This document shows, in pieces, positions 49,120-62,310 of a DNA stretch of 64,000 nucleotides; the stretch's first letter is position 1, and each line of letters starts with the position of its first letter. Both the position numbers and the translations under genes were made by a program. The notes under the pieces were generated by a model. That model searched no databases. It saw only the letters and a list, made by a program, of their open reading frames with translations, and was not told the DNA's origin. The stretch comes from Octopus bimaculoides (Eukaryota), in contig NC_068989.1 in NCBI RefSeq assembly GCF_001194135.2, positions 78,187,339 through 78,251,338 on the forward strand, given 5' to 3'.

Positions 49120-49240
49120 TTTGTAATGCTGAGCAAACTGGGGCAACGTAAAACAAACTCAATACACAGCCCAGTCGGGGAATCGAAATTACTACCTCAT
49201 AATTGTGGGCCCGACGCTCTAACCACTAAGGCGTTCAGCT
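49120..49240 (-). mobile_element. tRNA-derived SINE head fragment (family C-like)
   Basis: 'ggggaatcgaaattac...cgacgctctaaccactaagg' is the reverse complement of a B-box and A-box. Confidence 0.6.
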
Positions 49241-49261
49241 TCACATGTGTGCGTTGCATTC

Positions 49262-49660
49262 ATTATCAACATCGTCGTCGTCGTTTAACGTCCGCTTTCC
49301 ATGCTGGCATAGGTTGGACGATTTGACTGAGGACTGGCAAGCCAGAAGGCTGCACCAGGCTCCAATCTGATCTAGTAAAGTTTCGACAGCTAGATGTCCT
49401 TCCTAATGCCAATAGCTCCGAGCGTGTAGTAGGTGTTTCTACGTGCCGCTGGAAGCAGGGCCAGTCAGGCGGTTCTTGCAACGACCACGCACAAAAGGTG
49501 TTTTTTACGTGCTACCTGTACGGTAACCAGTCTCGTAGCACTGGCAGTGACCACCCTCGAATGTTGTTTTTCAAGTGCCACCGGCACATGTGGCAGTAAG
49601 GCGAGGCTGGCAACGATCACGCTCGAATGATGCTTTTTATGTGTCTCCGGCACGGGAGCC
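49262..49660 (-). mobile_element. RTE-related non-autonomous element or LINE 3' end with internal ~65-bp tandem subrepeats
   Basis: (CGT/CAT)n tail, 'tttaacgtccgctttccatgc', and 'gatgtccttcctaatgccaa' (RTE 3'-end-like), followed by about 3.4 copies of 'tttacgtgccaccggcac...ggcaacgaccacgctcgaatg.tg'. Confidence 0.65.
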
Positions 49661-50299
49661 ATAAATTAATGACACAGAATTAACGTGGTTGATGATACAT
49701 ATTCAGGTCACAATATATATTCGTTGAAGGTTTTCTTCTGACTTTGTATATATGTGTTTGCTATGGTTTATAGAAGAGAGTTGCCTTAGTATAAATTTCA
49801 AATGCTTATAAATAAAATCTATTCAGTTTCTCACAGAGCAATGGTCAAAGTGAGGTGAAAAGACACCATATTAAATAGCAATTTCCAATGTATAATTAAA
49901 AAGAATGGATTGATACAAATATCACTACTATAAATTATTTTTGGAGTACACCAGTATATTTTTAAGTGGGCGGTAATATACTTAAGTCTAAACATATGCA
50001 TGTATTCAGTTTCATATCTAGAGATACATACGAATAAATCAAAGAAAAGCCTCATAGATTTTGCACATTTCCGTAGAGATATGCATTTAAAGTAGAAGTA
50101 AATATATAAATACACTATTCTACACACACGTGCACATACGCACACACACACACACCCGTAGTGTATGTGTATGTATATAGGTAAGAAGCAAAACATATGT
50201 GTGTGTGTGTATGTGGTGTGTGTGAGTGAAGTGAGTACATATGTATATGTATATATATTTATATGGATATACATTATGCATGTATGTATGTTTGTAAGT

Positions 50300-50428
50300 A
50301 TGTATCTATCTATCTGTCTGTCTATCTATCTATCTATCTATCTACCTATCTATTCATTTATCTATCTATCTATTTATACATCTATGCATTTATCTATTTA
50401 TCTATTTTTCTTTCTATCTATCTATCTA

Positions 50429-50467
<39 letters not shown>
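50300..50467. repeat. (CTAT)n(CT)n microsatellite
   Basis: Seen directly in the sequence. Confidence 0.9.
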
Positions 50468-50625
50468 NNNNNNNNNNNNNNNNNNNNNNNNNNNNNNNNN
50501 NNNNNNNNNNNNNNNNNNNNNNNNNNNNNNNNNNNNNNNNNNNNNNNNNNNNNNNNNNNNNNNNNNNNNNNNNNNNNNNNNNNNNNNNNNNNNNNNNNNN
50601 NNNNNNNNNNNNNNNNNNNNNNNNN

Positions 50626-50656
<31 letters not shown>

Positions 50657-50988
50657 TGCTACGGACAGACATCTGTTTCACTGTCTTTCACTTGCATTAG
50701 TCTATTAGTCTTGCATTAGGCTACGGCTAATGACTGCCTTTTGAAGAGATGAACACAGCGATTCCAATACTTATTTTTTATGTCTAGTACTTAACTTTGT
50801 ATATTTGTTTTACTAAACCACTAAATTAGAGGTACATAAACAAACCACATCCGGTTGTAAAGAAGCGAGGCTACAAAAATATACGCACAAACTCACATGC
50901 ATACACTCATATTCACATGCGTAAATACATATGTATATATGCGCATAAATATACACTCACATGTTTATGCATAGACATATGCGTGTAT

Positions 50989-51057
<69 letters not shown>

Positions 51058-52502
51058 ACAGTATAGCTACATTAGTATATGTATGTGTGTGCATGTGTGT
51101 GTGTATGTGTGTGTGTGTGTGTGTGTATGTGGATGTACGTGAGTGTGTGGGCGTGTGTGTCTGTGTCTGTGTGTGAAGAGCTCCTACGCATTTACTATCG
51201 ATGAAATTCTTTTACAAACCATTACTCTCTCGGGACTTTGGTACCAGACGTACCAGATACAGCGCAGTGAGACTAAAATCAAGGCCATTTGGCACGGAAA
51301 CGAGCTTCTTACGCATACAACCTTAAACGCGCCTATAATATGACTATAAATTTACAATTCGGACAGCCGTGCACTGCCTGCAACCTTACTCTTCATCTCA
51401 TGATCTCGCAGCAGGACAGGACCGCAGAATGATCACTGAAACTGCTAGAAACAACAACCAAATCTACGTCAAGTTTTGATGTACGGTTTTGGGAAAAATA
51501 AATGATGTAGTGGTTAAGGCAATAACAAGTTTTCATAAAAGAGAGCATTGTATTGTTATGATAGGAATGTATTTGATGATTCGTCTGCCTAGTGAGGGTT
51601 AGCTTGGGGGCCAAACACAAAAGCTGTTTTGTATTTGATAAAATAATACTGCCCTACACTAACTTTTCATATGTCAACTCAAAAAAGTTTTAGTATTTTA
51701 GCAAAACTAAAATCTAGATATGATATAATATCAGAATTAAGAATTATTAATTATACAAATCTCTTTTATTTATTTTTTATGATTTATCTCCCGACGACCA
51801 TCAGTTCGCAATAACAATTCCGGACTTCTCATCTTGAGAGATAAGACTAGATTGATGAGGGGAAAAACTTTTGATGATTTGTCTCGACATCCGCTGAGAG
51901 ATAGCTAGAAGACTTCAGTATTGTGTGAAGATTGATTGCTTAAAGGGGTTTACTGTGGAAGAATTAGAATGGTTCAAAAGAAAATATAACGTTGTATTTG
52001 TTTACCATATAAGTAGTTTTATATAGAAATATATATTTGAGAAAATTGTACGTGTTTTAGTGAAAGACGTGGTAGAGTGAAGTAAGAAAGAAAAAGACAG
52101 ATAGGCAGACATACAGGCAGATACAGACAGACACATAGGCAGACGCAGAGAGATAGACAGAGAAAAGCTGTCATCTCCAAATTTGAGATCGGATGAGTTA
52201 AAATATGTCTGGTGAAATTCTGATTTTCAGGTTGTACTTAGAATGCGACTGTCATTTCATTGCCACAGTTACATCAGTAGAATTATTGAGCGTGACCCCG
52301 AGTCATGTACTTAGTGTTCAAAGGTTAATTGTTTTCTGTCTCTAAAAACAATAATTACACATTGTCAAATAGTTTTTATTACTTTACATGTTTTAACCAT
52401 TTAGACAACGGTCGTGCTGAAATACGTCTTCAATGGTTTTAGTCGAATTCAATTTGTATTTAAGTCTAGTGCTTAATTTTTCGTCGAACAACTACACAGG
52501 AA

Positions 52503-52654
52503 AGACGTGGCTGTGTGGTAAATAGATTGCTTACCAACCACACGGTTCTGGGTTCAGTCTCACTGAACCATGGGTAAGTGTCATCTTCTATAGCCTCGGG
52601 CCGACCAAAGTTTTGTGAGTGGATTTGGTAGACGGAAACTAAAAGAAGCCAGTC

Positions 52655-52710
<56 letters not shown>

Positions 52711-52965
52711 ATGTGTGTTTGTGTGTGTGTGTGAGTGTGTGTGTGTATGTGTGTGGGTGTATGTATATATTTGTATCCCACCCTACCATCGCTTGACAAC
52801 CGACATTGGTGTGTTTACGTCCCCGTAACTTAGCAGTTCAGTAAAAGAGACTGCTAGAATAAGTACTAGTCTTACAAAGAGGAAATCCTGGGTCGATTTC
52901 TTCGGCTAAAGGTTGTGCTCCAGCATGGCTGCAGTCATTTGATTGAAACAAATAAAAGAATAACT
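52503..52965 (+). mobile_element. SINE family A, full length
   Basis: Head 'gtggctgtgtggtaa...ggttctgggttcagtct', CORE-like segment, about 120 bp of (TA)n(TG)n, and tail ending 'gaaacaaataaaagaataa'. Confidence 0.92.
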
Positions 52966-53859
52966 AGGTTATGTGACACACATGGACATAGAATTAACGA
53001 CAATCTAAATATATAGAAAAATAATGATACATACACAATACAAAGACATATACACAGGCACACATACACACACATATTCGCACACATAAACGCATACACA
53101 TTGACACATATACATACATATGCACGAACATAAACACATACACACATATATATGTATGTGTATTCATCGGTGCAGCTTTACGCGCAACTTCCGTTTATGA
53201 AACTATGTGATTATGGACGTATGTTTGTGTTACTGTAGCTGTATGACAAAATATGAAAGTAGGTAGGTGTATGCTTATTTCTTCACATGATTCTAATGGT
53301 TCTGATATACCCTTGAAGATCATTAACCAATATTCCTAAGGTTTTCATTAATAGAAATTGAAATAGCTAGAAATTGCACAAATTAAAATTAATTAAAGGA
53401 AAGTGGCTGCAATTGAAATTAATTGTTTCTTGTCGTAAATAGATTTTCTCAATGAAAATTGATAAATCGATACCAGTTCTTTTGATACGTCTTGATTATT
53501 ATTACTTGTTTTTATTCTGATTTATTCTTTTATTGTTATTTTGAAGTTTATAAGAAAACAAGTACGTTTCCCTTGAAATGGAAAAAAAAAAGAATTCTAA
53601 AACTAATTGATATAGTCGAATAAGTCTTCATATATGTACGCATTCGCGTACAGGTTGCTTGGGTGTGTGTTTGTGTGAGGGCTTCTGCGTGTATGTGTGT
53701 GGGAATGTTTGTGTCCATCCCTATGTACATGTCGATACGTATCTTTATATGTTTATGCGTATATTTATTAAATGGTTGAAATAGACTTTTTATCACATAG
53801 CAAATTTATCTCAGGTCAAGTATCTGTGCGAAGATACACACACATATACACATATATGT

Positions 53860-53927
<68 letters not shown>

Positions 53928-54854
53928 GTACACATACAATCATTATAGAGCGGTACTAATAATAGACTGTTATATATGTATATATACATACACACCAATG
54001 TATGTATATATGTGTGTGTGTGTATATATATATATATATAGATATATATATATAATATATATNNNNNNNNNNNNNNNNNNNNNNNNNNNNNNNNNNNNNN
54101 NNNNNNNNNNNNNNNNNNNNNNNNNNNNNNNNNNNNNNNNNNNNNNNNNNNNNNNNNNNNNNNNNNNNNNNNNNNNNNNNNNNNNNNNNNNNNNNNNNNN
54201 NNNNNNNNNNNNNNNNNNNNNNNNNNNNNNNNNNNNNNNNNNNNNNNNNNNNNNNNNNNNNNNNNNNNNNNNNNNNNNNNNNNAGACTATTCTAGAGTAC
54301 GTCCTGTCTGGTCTTCGAAACGTCTAGATAGAATAGAGACAGCTGATGAAGGGATATTCCAAGGGGCTTTCCGTTTTCCTATGTGTTCGTTCCGTTGTCT
54401 GTAGTTTATTGTTCTAACGTCCTGTACCCTGATATGCATGTATATACACCTGTAGATGTAAGTATGTACATATATGTGTGTATACATGTATATATATTCT
54501 TTGTATTATATATATATATATATATATATATATCATCATTATCATCAATATCATCATTATCATCATCAACCGTCCTCATGATGTGTGTACGCACAAAAAA
54601 TGGAATTATGTACTCTACATTTTCTGTAAAAATTCGTGCAGTGAATAAAAAGTTAAATATTTAATTGATGCGTAAGATACTTTTTAATTGTATAATATTT
54701 ATACTGTCCAAACTTGAAAGCATTATCTACCGGTAAGTATAACTGAACACGCGGTTATATTTCGCTTGTAGATAAAAGAACAAATGCCTCTATTTTTTCT
54801 TTCCTTTTAATGTAATTAATATGTGATTCTTTGTATAATATACGAGATGAGAAG

Positions 54855-55545
54855 GTGGCAATCTGGCAGAAACGTTAGCACGTCAGGCGAAATACTTAAC
54901 GGTATTTCGTCTGTCTTTACGTTCTGAGTTCGAATTCCGCCGATGTCGACTTCACTTTTCATCCTTTCGGGGTTGATAAATTAAGTACCAGTTGCGTACT
55001 GGGGTCGATCTAATCGACTTTCCCCCTCCAACAAAACTTTGGGCCTAGTGTAGAAAAGAATATACGGAATGAGGTTGCTATTATAGATCAATATTTCTCG
55101 AAATATTTCAATGATAAAAATACTTTTTATTGTTATAGGAAGTTTCAAAGGCGGCGAGCTGGCAGAATCGTTGGCACGTCGGGCGAAATACTTAACGGTA
55201 TTTCGCCCCTCGCTACGTTCTGAGTTTGACTTTGCCTTTCATCCTTTCAGGGTTGATGTAATCGGCAAGTCTCCTTCCTCCAAATTTCAGGCCTTGTACC
55301 TATCGTAGAAAAGATTCTTATAGGACGTTTTAGGCGGTAAGCTGGGAAAATCGCTAGCACACCGGGCAAAATGGTTAGAGGCATTTAGTTTATCTTTATG
55401 TTCCGAGTTCAAATTCCGCTGAACTCAAATTTGCCTTTCATACCTTTAGGTGTCAATAAAATAAGTACTCGTTGAGCACTAGGTCAATCTTATCGACTGA
55501 GCTCCTCTCCCGAAATCGTTGGCATTGAACCAAAAATTTGAAAAT
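54855..55545 (+). mobile_element. Three head-to-tail SINE family B copies
   Basis: Heads at about 54855, 55148 and 55333, each followed by the core and tail motifs. Confidence 0.88.
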
Positions 55546-56849
55546 ATTTTCATGTGAAATTGTCCATTGACTCAGGAGTATCATAGAAGTGTCTACCCAA
55601 CGAGCTAATTATATAACCTAAAACCAAAGTTATTTTCCTACTTCTATCTCAAAGTTGAGTTACATATGTAACTGAAACTCAGTAACAAATGGTGCATTTT
55701 ACAATTCAGCCTATGAATACAACTTTTTCAAGTATTATCGTTTTGGATTTTACTATTTATGAAGACTTGCTATAGCTGTACTTCCACGTAATGAGTGCAG
55801 CCTGTACAATTATTTATATTCACATAGTTCCATTAAAAACTTACAGCATCTCATAATGTTACAAAACTCAATATTTGCTTTCTTAAGAGATGAAATTTAC
55901 TTCTTAATCTCATGTGTCCAAACATTTTTTTTTTTGCCTTATTACGATTAACAAATGAAGAATTTAATTTCAAACATCATTTTGCTTGGATGAAATATGT
56001 TCAATGACTAAGATAGAAAATGGGAAGTAAGATTTACTGCTAACATACATGAACACCTACATTTAAAATAAAATGTCAAACAGCTAAGTTGCATATATCA
56101 TACTATTATCATTTCACAAGTATTTGCTATCTCTACACGGAAAAGCGACTACGAAGTGATTCTCCGATAATCGCCTTTCCTACAAGCGTTGATGAATCTG
56201 AAGATTAAGTACATCAATCTCATCAATCAAGTAAGTTATACAAGAATCATCAGTGTTTTAGTTATTCTTCTGATTAATTTTAAAACAATTTTACTCATAT
56301 CGCTACAACGCAGCCTTTCATATCTCATCTAAAATCGTTTCTAAAATCGAAGGTTATTTTGAAAATGTTGAAGAGTAAATGCTATTTTCTTTTCCGTTAT
56401 TATTTGTTGGTAGAGATATGGTGATATCTCATTCAGTGAAAAGCATCAAATTAAATGCGTCACAATGTTATTGTTGTTGTTGTTCTTGTTACCATTAACA
56501 CCACTGAAGACGTTATTGTTATTATATATATTATCGAAATAAAAATGCCATATTTTTTATCTCGTTCTGAAAGAGGAAGGTGAGCATTCTTATTATAGAA
56601 GTCACCTAGTACTACGACCACAGCAATAACGACAACCACTACGACGACGTATTCGGTAGCTGTTTTTATGAGGAACAATGAAACTTTACTAAGCTTCGAA
56701 TAGTGCGGAGTTAGTCTACAAAAAATAATTTCTTTCGTTTAATTAATATGACACAAATCAAAATTATCATTGGAAAATAAGGCAGATAGTGGAATATGTG
56801 CATAAATCTATTCTTCGCTCATGTCTATATGCTAAAATATATTTTGATC

Positions 56850-57080
56850 CCATACAATTCTCCAGATTGCAATCCACTGGAGTACTATGTATGAAGGATC
56901 GTTCAGAAAAATGTCAATGAACATCCCCCCCCCCACCTAGCACCAAAGATTCTTTGAAAGCCGCCATAGTTCGAGTTATGTCCGATATGAACAAGGGCCA
57001 CTTGATACGAGCTTGTAAATGAATTCGACCCCGCATTGAGGCAGTTACTGATGCTTATGGTGGTTTTATTGAAAAAATTA
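56850..57080 (+). mobile_element. maT/Tc1-like transposase C-terminal remnant
   Basis: YNSPDCNPLEYYV...KDSLKAAIVRVMSDM....LIRAC..IRPRIEAV..AYGGFIE (compare SPDLNPLDY.VW ... GGYIE). Confidence 0.75.
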
Positions 57081-57413
57081 TTAAATTGATAATTTATCTT
57101 TAAGTTTGTTATTTCTATAAAATCACAGTTTTTTACTGTTATTATATAAGCGTTTATTTNNNNNNNNNNNNNNNNNNNNNNNNNNNNNNNNNNNNNNNNN
57201 NNNNNNNNNNNNNNNNNNNNNNNNNNNNNNNNNNNNNNNNNNNNNNNNNNNNNNNNNNNNNNNNNNNNNNNNNNNNNNNNNNNNNNNNNNNNNNNNNNNN
57301 NNNNNNNNNNNNNNNNNNNNNNNNNNNNNNNNNNNNNNNNNNNNNNNNNNNNNNNNNNNNNNNNNNNNNNNNNNNNNNNNNNNNNNNNNNNNNNNNNNNN
57401 NNNNNNNNNNNNN

Positions 57414-57458
<45 letters not shown>

Positions 57459-58094
57459 TACATGTGTGTGTATATATACATGTGTGTGTGTATACATGTG
57501 TGTGTGTATACGTGTGTGTATATGTGTGAATATACTTTGCTTTGACAGGCAGCTCTGGTGCATATAGTTCATGATCCAGGTTTGATATGTAGTTGTAGGC
57601 AGGGATTTCATTTCCTATACTCATGTTGTTCGGCGATTACTAAAGTTACGGCCTCTCATTATCTAATCCATTCCAAAGTATTCATGGATACCATGTGTCA
57701 GCGAATCGAATACATTATTTATGTCCATGGTGCGTGTAGTAATGTTATTTACTAAGACATAACGTGTTTTACAACACAGGTATGTAATACCACGTTATAA
57801 CGGAAGTTAATCACATTTGTTTGATCAAGAAACGTAAAGACGTGTAACAGAATACTGCAACGCATTTTCTCGCTTACACATATCTTTTAAAGAAACCGAA
57901 ATCTATGATGGCATTCATAATACTGCGTAGTTTTAACAAGATTTGGTTTTCTAATTCTCAAATTATGTACTGGGATATGTAAATCTTTATGATTGTGTCT
58001 AGTCATTCATCTGTCAAGAAATCTTCCATTGAATTTCCCGGCTATGCTGGTACACCGTCGTGAAGCATCTCGCCGAAGAAATTGGCCCAAGTAC

Positions 58095-58420
58095 TATTCT
58101 CTCTTCTAAGCTGGGTACTTATTTTGTAGCTCTCTTCTAACCGAACCGATAATTTAGAGGGACGTGTACAAATCAGCACCAGTTTCAAGTGGTTGCAGGG
58201 GACAAGCAGAATTGCACACACATACGCACGGAGATATATACATACATACAAGCGTACATTTATATGAGCTTCATTCAGTATCCATCTGCCAAATTCACTC
58301 ACAAAGTTTTCGGGGTCGATCAAACAAGTACTATTTGATCACTGGGGTCAATGTAATTGACTTAACCCCTTCCTCGAAATAGCTGGGCTTGTGCCAAAAT
58401 ATGAAACCAATATTACTTTG
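58095..58420. mobile_element. Decayed SINE A fragment (minus strand) abutting a SINE B 3' fragment (plus strand)
   Basis: 'gtacttattttgtagctctcttctaaccgaaccgataa...cagcaccagtttcaag' followed by 'ggggtcgatcaaacaagtac...ggggtcaatgtaattgact'. Confidence 0.65.
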
Positions 58421-58551
58421 AACTGATTTTCGAGCTCATATAATTGGCTGAGGCGGAGAATATCCATGACCTCATCCCTCCACGCCCCCACCACCATAAA
58501 TCAGTAATAGTGTGAAGTATAAATATATGGAGTCGGAACAACCTGTTATTA

Positions 58552-59081
58552 GGGCAGTTATTCTGGCTCAAGCACCCCATATAACCCAACATAATTTTTT
58601 TTTTTTTAATTTTCCGAAAGTTTTAAAGAATTTATGTTATAGACACGAAAATTCATATTATGTAAACATTTAATGTGTGATATATGGGCAATTTTGATGT
58701 TATTTTTTGCACATCTCACGACCATTTGATACGTTCCCCTTTTCTTTGTCACTCTTGACAAGTATTCATGCTTTACAATACTTTTCTCACCATAAAACAT
58801 TTAATGGCATGATGATGTATCCAAAGGTGGTACATTGCTGGGATTTAAGCATAAGATTCGGATTCTGCGAATTTTAAACTTTGATTTAGAAAAAAAAATG
58901 ATAACGAGTGGCAATTTTAGGATTTATTGGAGGAGAGTCATTTTAATTTTTTTATTTTATTTTTTCCGAATCATGTGAACTCCTGTGTTTAGAACAAAAA
59001 ATTGGCAAAAATCGTCTGGAAATTCCAAAAAATAATTAAGCTATGTGTGGTTGTATGGGGTGCCTAACCAGAATTCCGCTC
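58552..59081. mobile_element. MITE or non-autonomous DNA transposon with ~70-bp degenerate TIRs and TTA flanks (PIF/Harbinger-like)
   Basis: Left end gggcagttattctggctcaagcaccccatataaccc matches the right-end reverse complement gagcggaattctggttaggcaccccatacaacc. TTA at 58549-51 and 59082-84. Confidence 0.7.
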
Positions 59082-59117
59082 TTATTGGTACCGCCATGGC
59101 AAAGTGAATTATAACAC

Positions 59118-59126
59118 ATACACACA

Positions 59127-59183
<57 letters not shown>

Positions 59184-59222
59184 GTGCGTGCGTGTGTATA
59201 TGTGTGTGTGTGTGTGTGTGTT
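59118..59222. repeat. (CA)n-(TG)n inverted microsatellite pair
   Basis: A (CA)n run followed by (TG)n runs, which are self-complementary. Confidence 0.9.
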
Positions 59223-60966
59223 TGTATATATGTGCAATTTCTTTTGTTAATTCTCATTACACTTTACACTTGGTCTTAAATATAAAAATATGCGTGTGAA
59301 TAAGCAGTTATCTTTACTTTATAATTATGTACCTGTTTATTTGATGTATATATTCATACATATCTCTTAATCCACTGTACATGTTCAAGTAAGAAACAGA
59401 GAATATTACATCAGTATTCTCTATTGGCTACGTATTATTAAGCCAGATATGTTGTTTGTCAAAAGGCACGTAACTCGACTGATTAACAAGAGAATTGCGT
59501 GTAACAGATGTCGGCTTTCACTAAAGGAACTCTGATTAAGATATCGTGTGAGAGTTAGAAAAATACAACTAAATTAATATTTTAACAGTGTAGCTGTAAA
59601 TGCGACTGGTCAGTAAGTCCACAAGGAAAATTAATGTATTATCAAACAAGCTATTCTCTTAATACATTAAGCAATTGATTTGAAAGTCGCCATGAAATGT
59701 TTTCGTGTCACATAATACCAACACACATTACATTGCTATAGTGCTTCCAATACTAAATGTTAGAGGGGAGAAAGCGGTGAGCTAGTAACTGATTGAGAGA
59801 ACGAGTGAATAAGGAAAGAAGGAGTGAGTCAGTGAAGGAATGAATGAATGAATGAATGAATGAATGAGTGAGTGAGTAAGAACCTCTGTGAATTCTTTGT
59901 GTAAATATACTAAATAGAAGAAAATATTTACTTTAAGATTTACACGTGATAATTTTCACGTGATAAAATAATGATGCGTAACAATACCCTTACATAAATC
60001 GATAATGTACATGAAGATAGCGGTGGAAACGTTAACAAAACTATTAATTTCAGATCATAGCAATATGGAAAGTTTTATGCTGAAGCCTTTTCGAAGATGT
60101 TTTACTAAAGAAATTTTCTCCTACCAAAATCTTACTTTCTCTCTCCAAAAAAAAGCAAAACAAAACAAAACAAAAAGATACAAACAAACAAACAAATAGA
60201 ATATGCGTTTGTGTTTAGTTCACTAAAACCATACCAGACTTTTCTTCCGAACATATATGACTGTATCTAGGAATCTTATTTGAATATTATTTGTTTCCAA
60301 AGATGACGTGACTACCATTTTGTGAGAGCTACATGTATGGAATATATTTTGAAACATCTGAAGCGGAAATCTATATCAAAGCAACCTCTGTTTAGTGGTA
60401 ATTTTTTTTATACCTTACCATAGAATTTCAAATTAATATATGAAATATTTATCCGTTAGTATACAACATATAAATGACAAACAAAGGTTAAGATTTAATT
60501 GACTATTTACAAAGGGACAAAATTATCAATGATAATAAACTGTCCTCGAAATGTTGAAAATAAGCGGAGAGGATTACAACAAATATTCGGTTTCTTTAAA
60601 TGTGTGTACTGCTCACGATTTATAAGTTGTGCAGTAGAATTTTCTTGTATTGTGGATATTCTACTTGAAGAAAGATGCTCCAGAATTTCAATTTTTATTG
60701 TTCATTTCCATATATAATGTATTTATATGTCTTACTTNNNNNNNNNNNNNNNNNNNNNNNNNNNNNNNNNNNNNNNNNNNNNNNNNNNNNNNNNNNNNNN
60801 NNNNNNNNNNNNNNNNNNNNNNNNNNNNNNNNNNNNNNNNNNNNNNNNNNNNNNNNNNNNNNNNNNNNNNNNNNNNNNNNNNNNNNNNNNNNNNNNNNNN
60901 NNNNNNNNNNNNNNNNNNNNNNNNNNNNNNNNNNNNNNNNNNNNNNNNNNNNNNNNNNNNNNNNNN

Positions 60967-60997
<31 letters not shown>

Positions 60998-62179
60998 TAT
61001 ATTATATTATATTATATTATATTATATTATTATATATATCTATATATATAGATATATATTTATACATATCATATATATTGCAGTCACGTGGCGTTCAGAG
61101 ATATTTTTTCTACTCGGGACTTTGCTCCGCGTGTTGTTTTTTCTATTTCTTTGTGCTTAATTTGGGGTTTTTGACCAGTGTTACACGTCTTATTTTGTTT
61201 TGGTACTGAATTATTTTTTTCAATGTTCTATATTACATATGCCTATGTCTACGTGTCTGTATATGTATCTGTGGAAATGTTTTGTTATATATAAACAATT
61301 ATTTATTTTCCGTGTTTAATACCCAGCCATCAACCCTATACTATTGGATGAATTTATTTCTGCTAAAAATACATCGTTTATATTATTTATTTGAAGATGT
61401 ATTCGTAACTCCGGGAGTTTGCTACTAGTTAAATGAGTTTTGATGAGTATTAAGAAGAGACCAGTCTGGTGATTATTGCAAACAGCACACGTGTATTCTT
61501 CACATGTTGCATTTGAATAACCAGAGTAAATAGAGTAGTTTTATGAAACAGGAAAAAAATAAGTCAGAACATGGTTAAATAATGCATATCTCCAATTTAC
61601 CATTTTCTCCATCATTTGCCGAAATCAAAACCACATTATACTGCTCAGATTAAGAATGCAATAGACAGGGATGTTCTAAACGGCCCCGGAAAATCTGATA
61701 GTATTGTTACGTTGTAATTTCATAGTGACCCTTCTTCGATTAAGTAATTATTTATTTTGCCCATTTAACTGGTTTTGTGTTATATATCGTCAGCAGATTT
61801 ATATCCATTGTGTTACAGATATTTACATTGTTCATTCCAGACTTACGAAATTCAAACCAACATTTTATATCATAAGAAAACATTATGCTTATAACAACCC
61901 AATAACAATAAAAGAAAGAAATAATTTAATGCAAATAGCCGTCTGCTTCAGCCATCGTTACTGACCATTCAAAATCTAACGACCATAATTACAATGACTT
62001 ACGATAAATAAATCTGAGATACAAATTGATAGGATCGAAACTGGCGCGCTTATTTTTATAATCTTTGGATGTTTAAATAGGAAATAAACTTAGAATGCTG
62101 AAATACGGAATTGAGATTTTACCAGATAGCATTCGAAATTCCTGTTTAATTAGTTGAAATTGCACACTATAAATAACCC

Positions 62180-62310
62180 TTTCTTACTAGAGGCACAAGG
62201 CCTGAAAATTGTCGGGAGAGTACTAGTCGATTACATCGACCCCAGTGCGTAACTAGTACTTAATTTATTGACCCTGATAGGATGAAAGGCAAAGTCCACT
62301 ACCGGCTTCT
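62180..62310 (-). mobile_element. SINE family B, 3' fragment
   Basis: 'caaggcctgaaaatt...ctagtcgattacatcgaccccagtgcgtaactagtacttaatttattgaccctgataggatgaaaggcaaagtc'. Confidence 0.8.

Noticed and set aside
49420-49660. CRISPR-like array
   Set aside because: The units are contiguous tandem repeats without unique spacers, in a eukaryotic context with no cas genes.
54284-54360. Hammerhead from 'cgaaacgtc' and 'ctgatgaag'
   Set aside because: The two half-cores are in the wrong order with no compatible helices, and they abut a gap.
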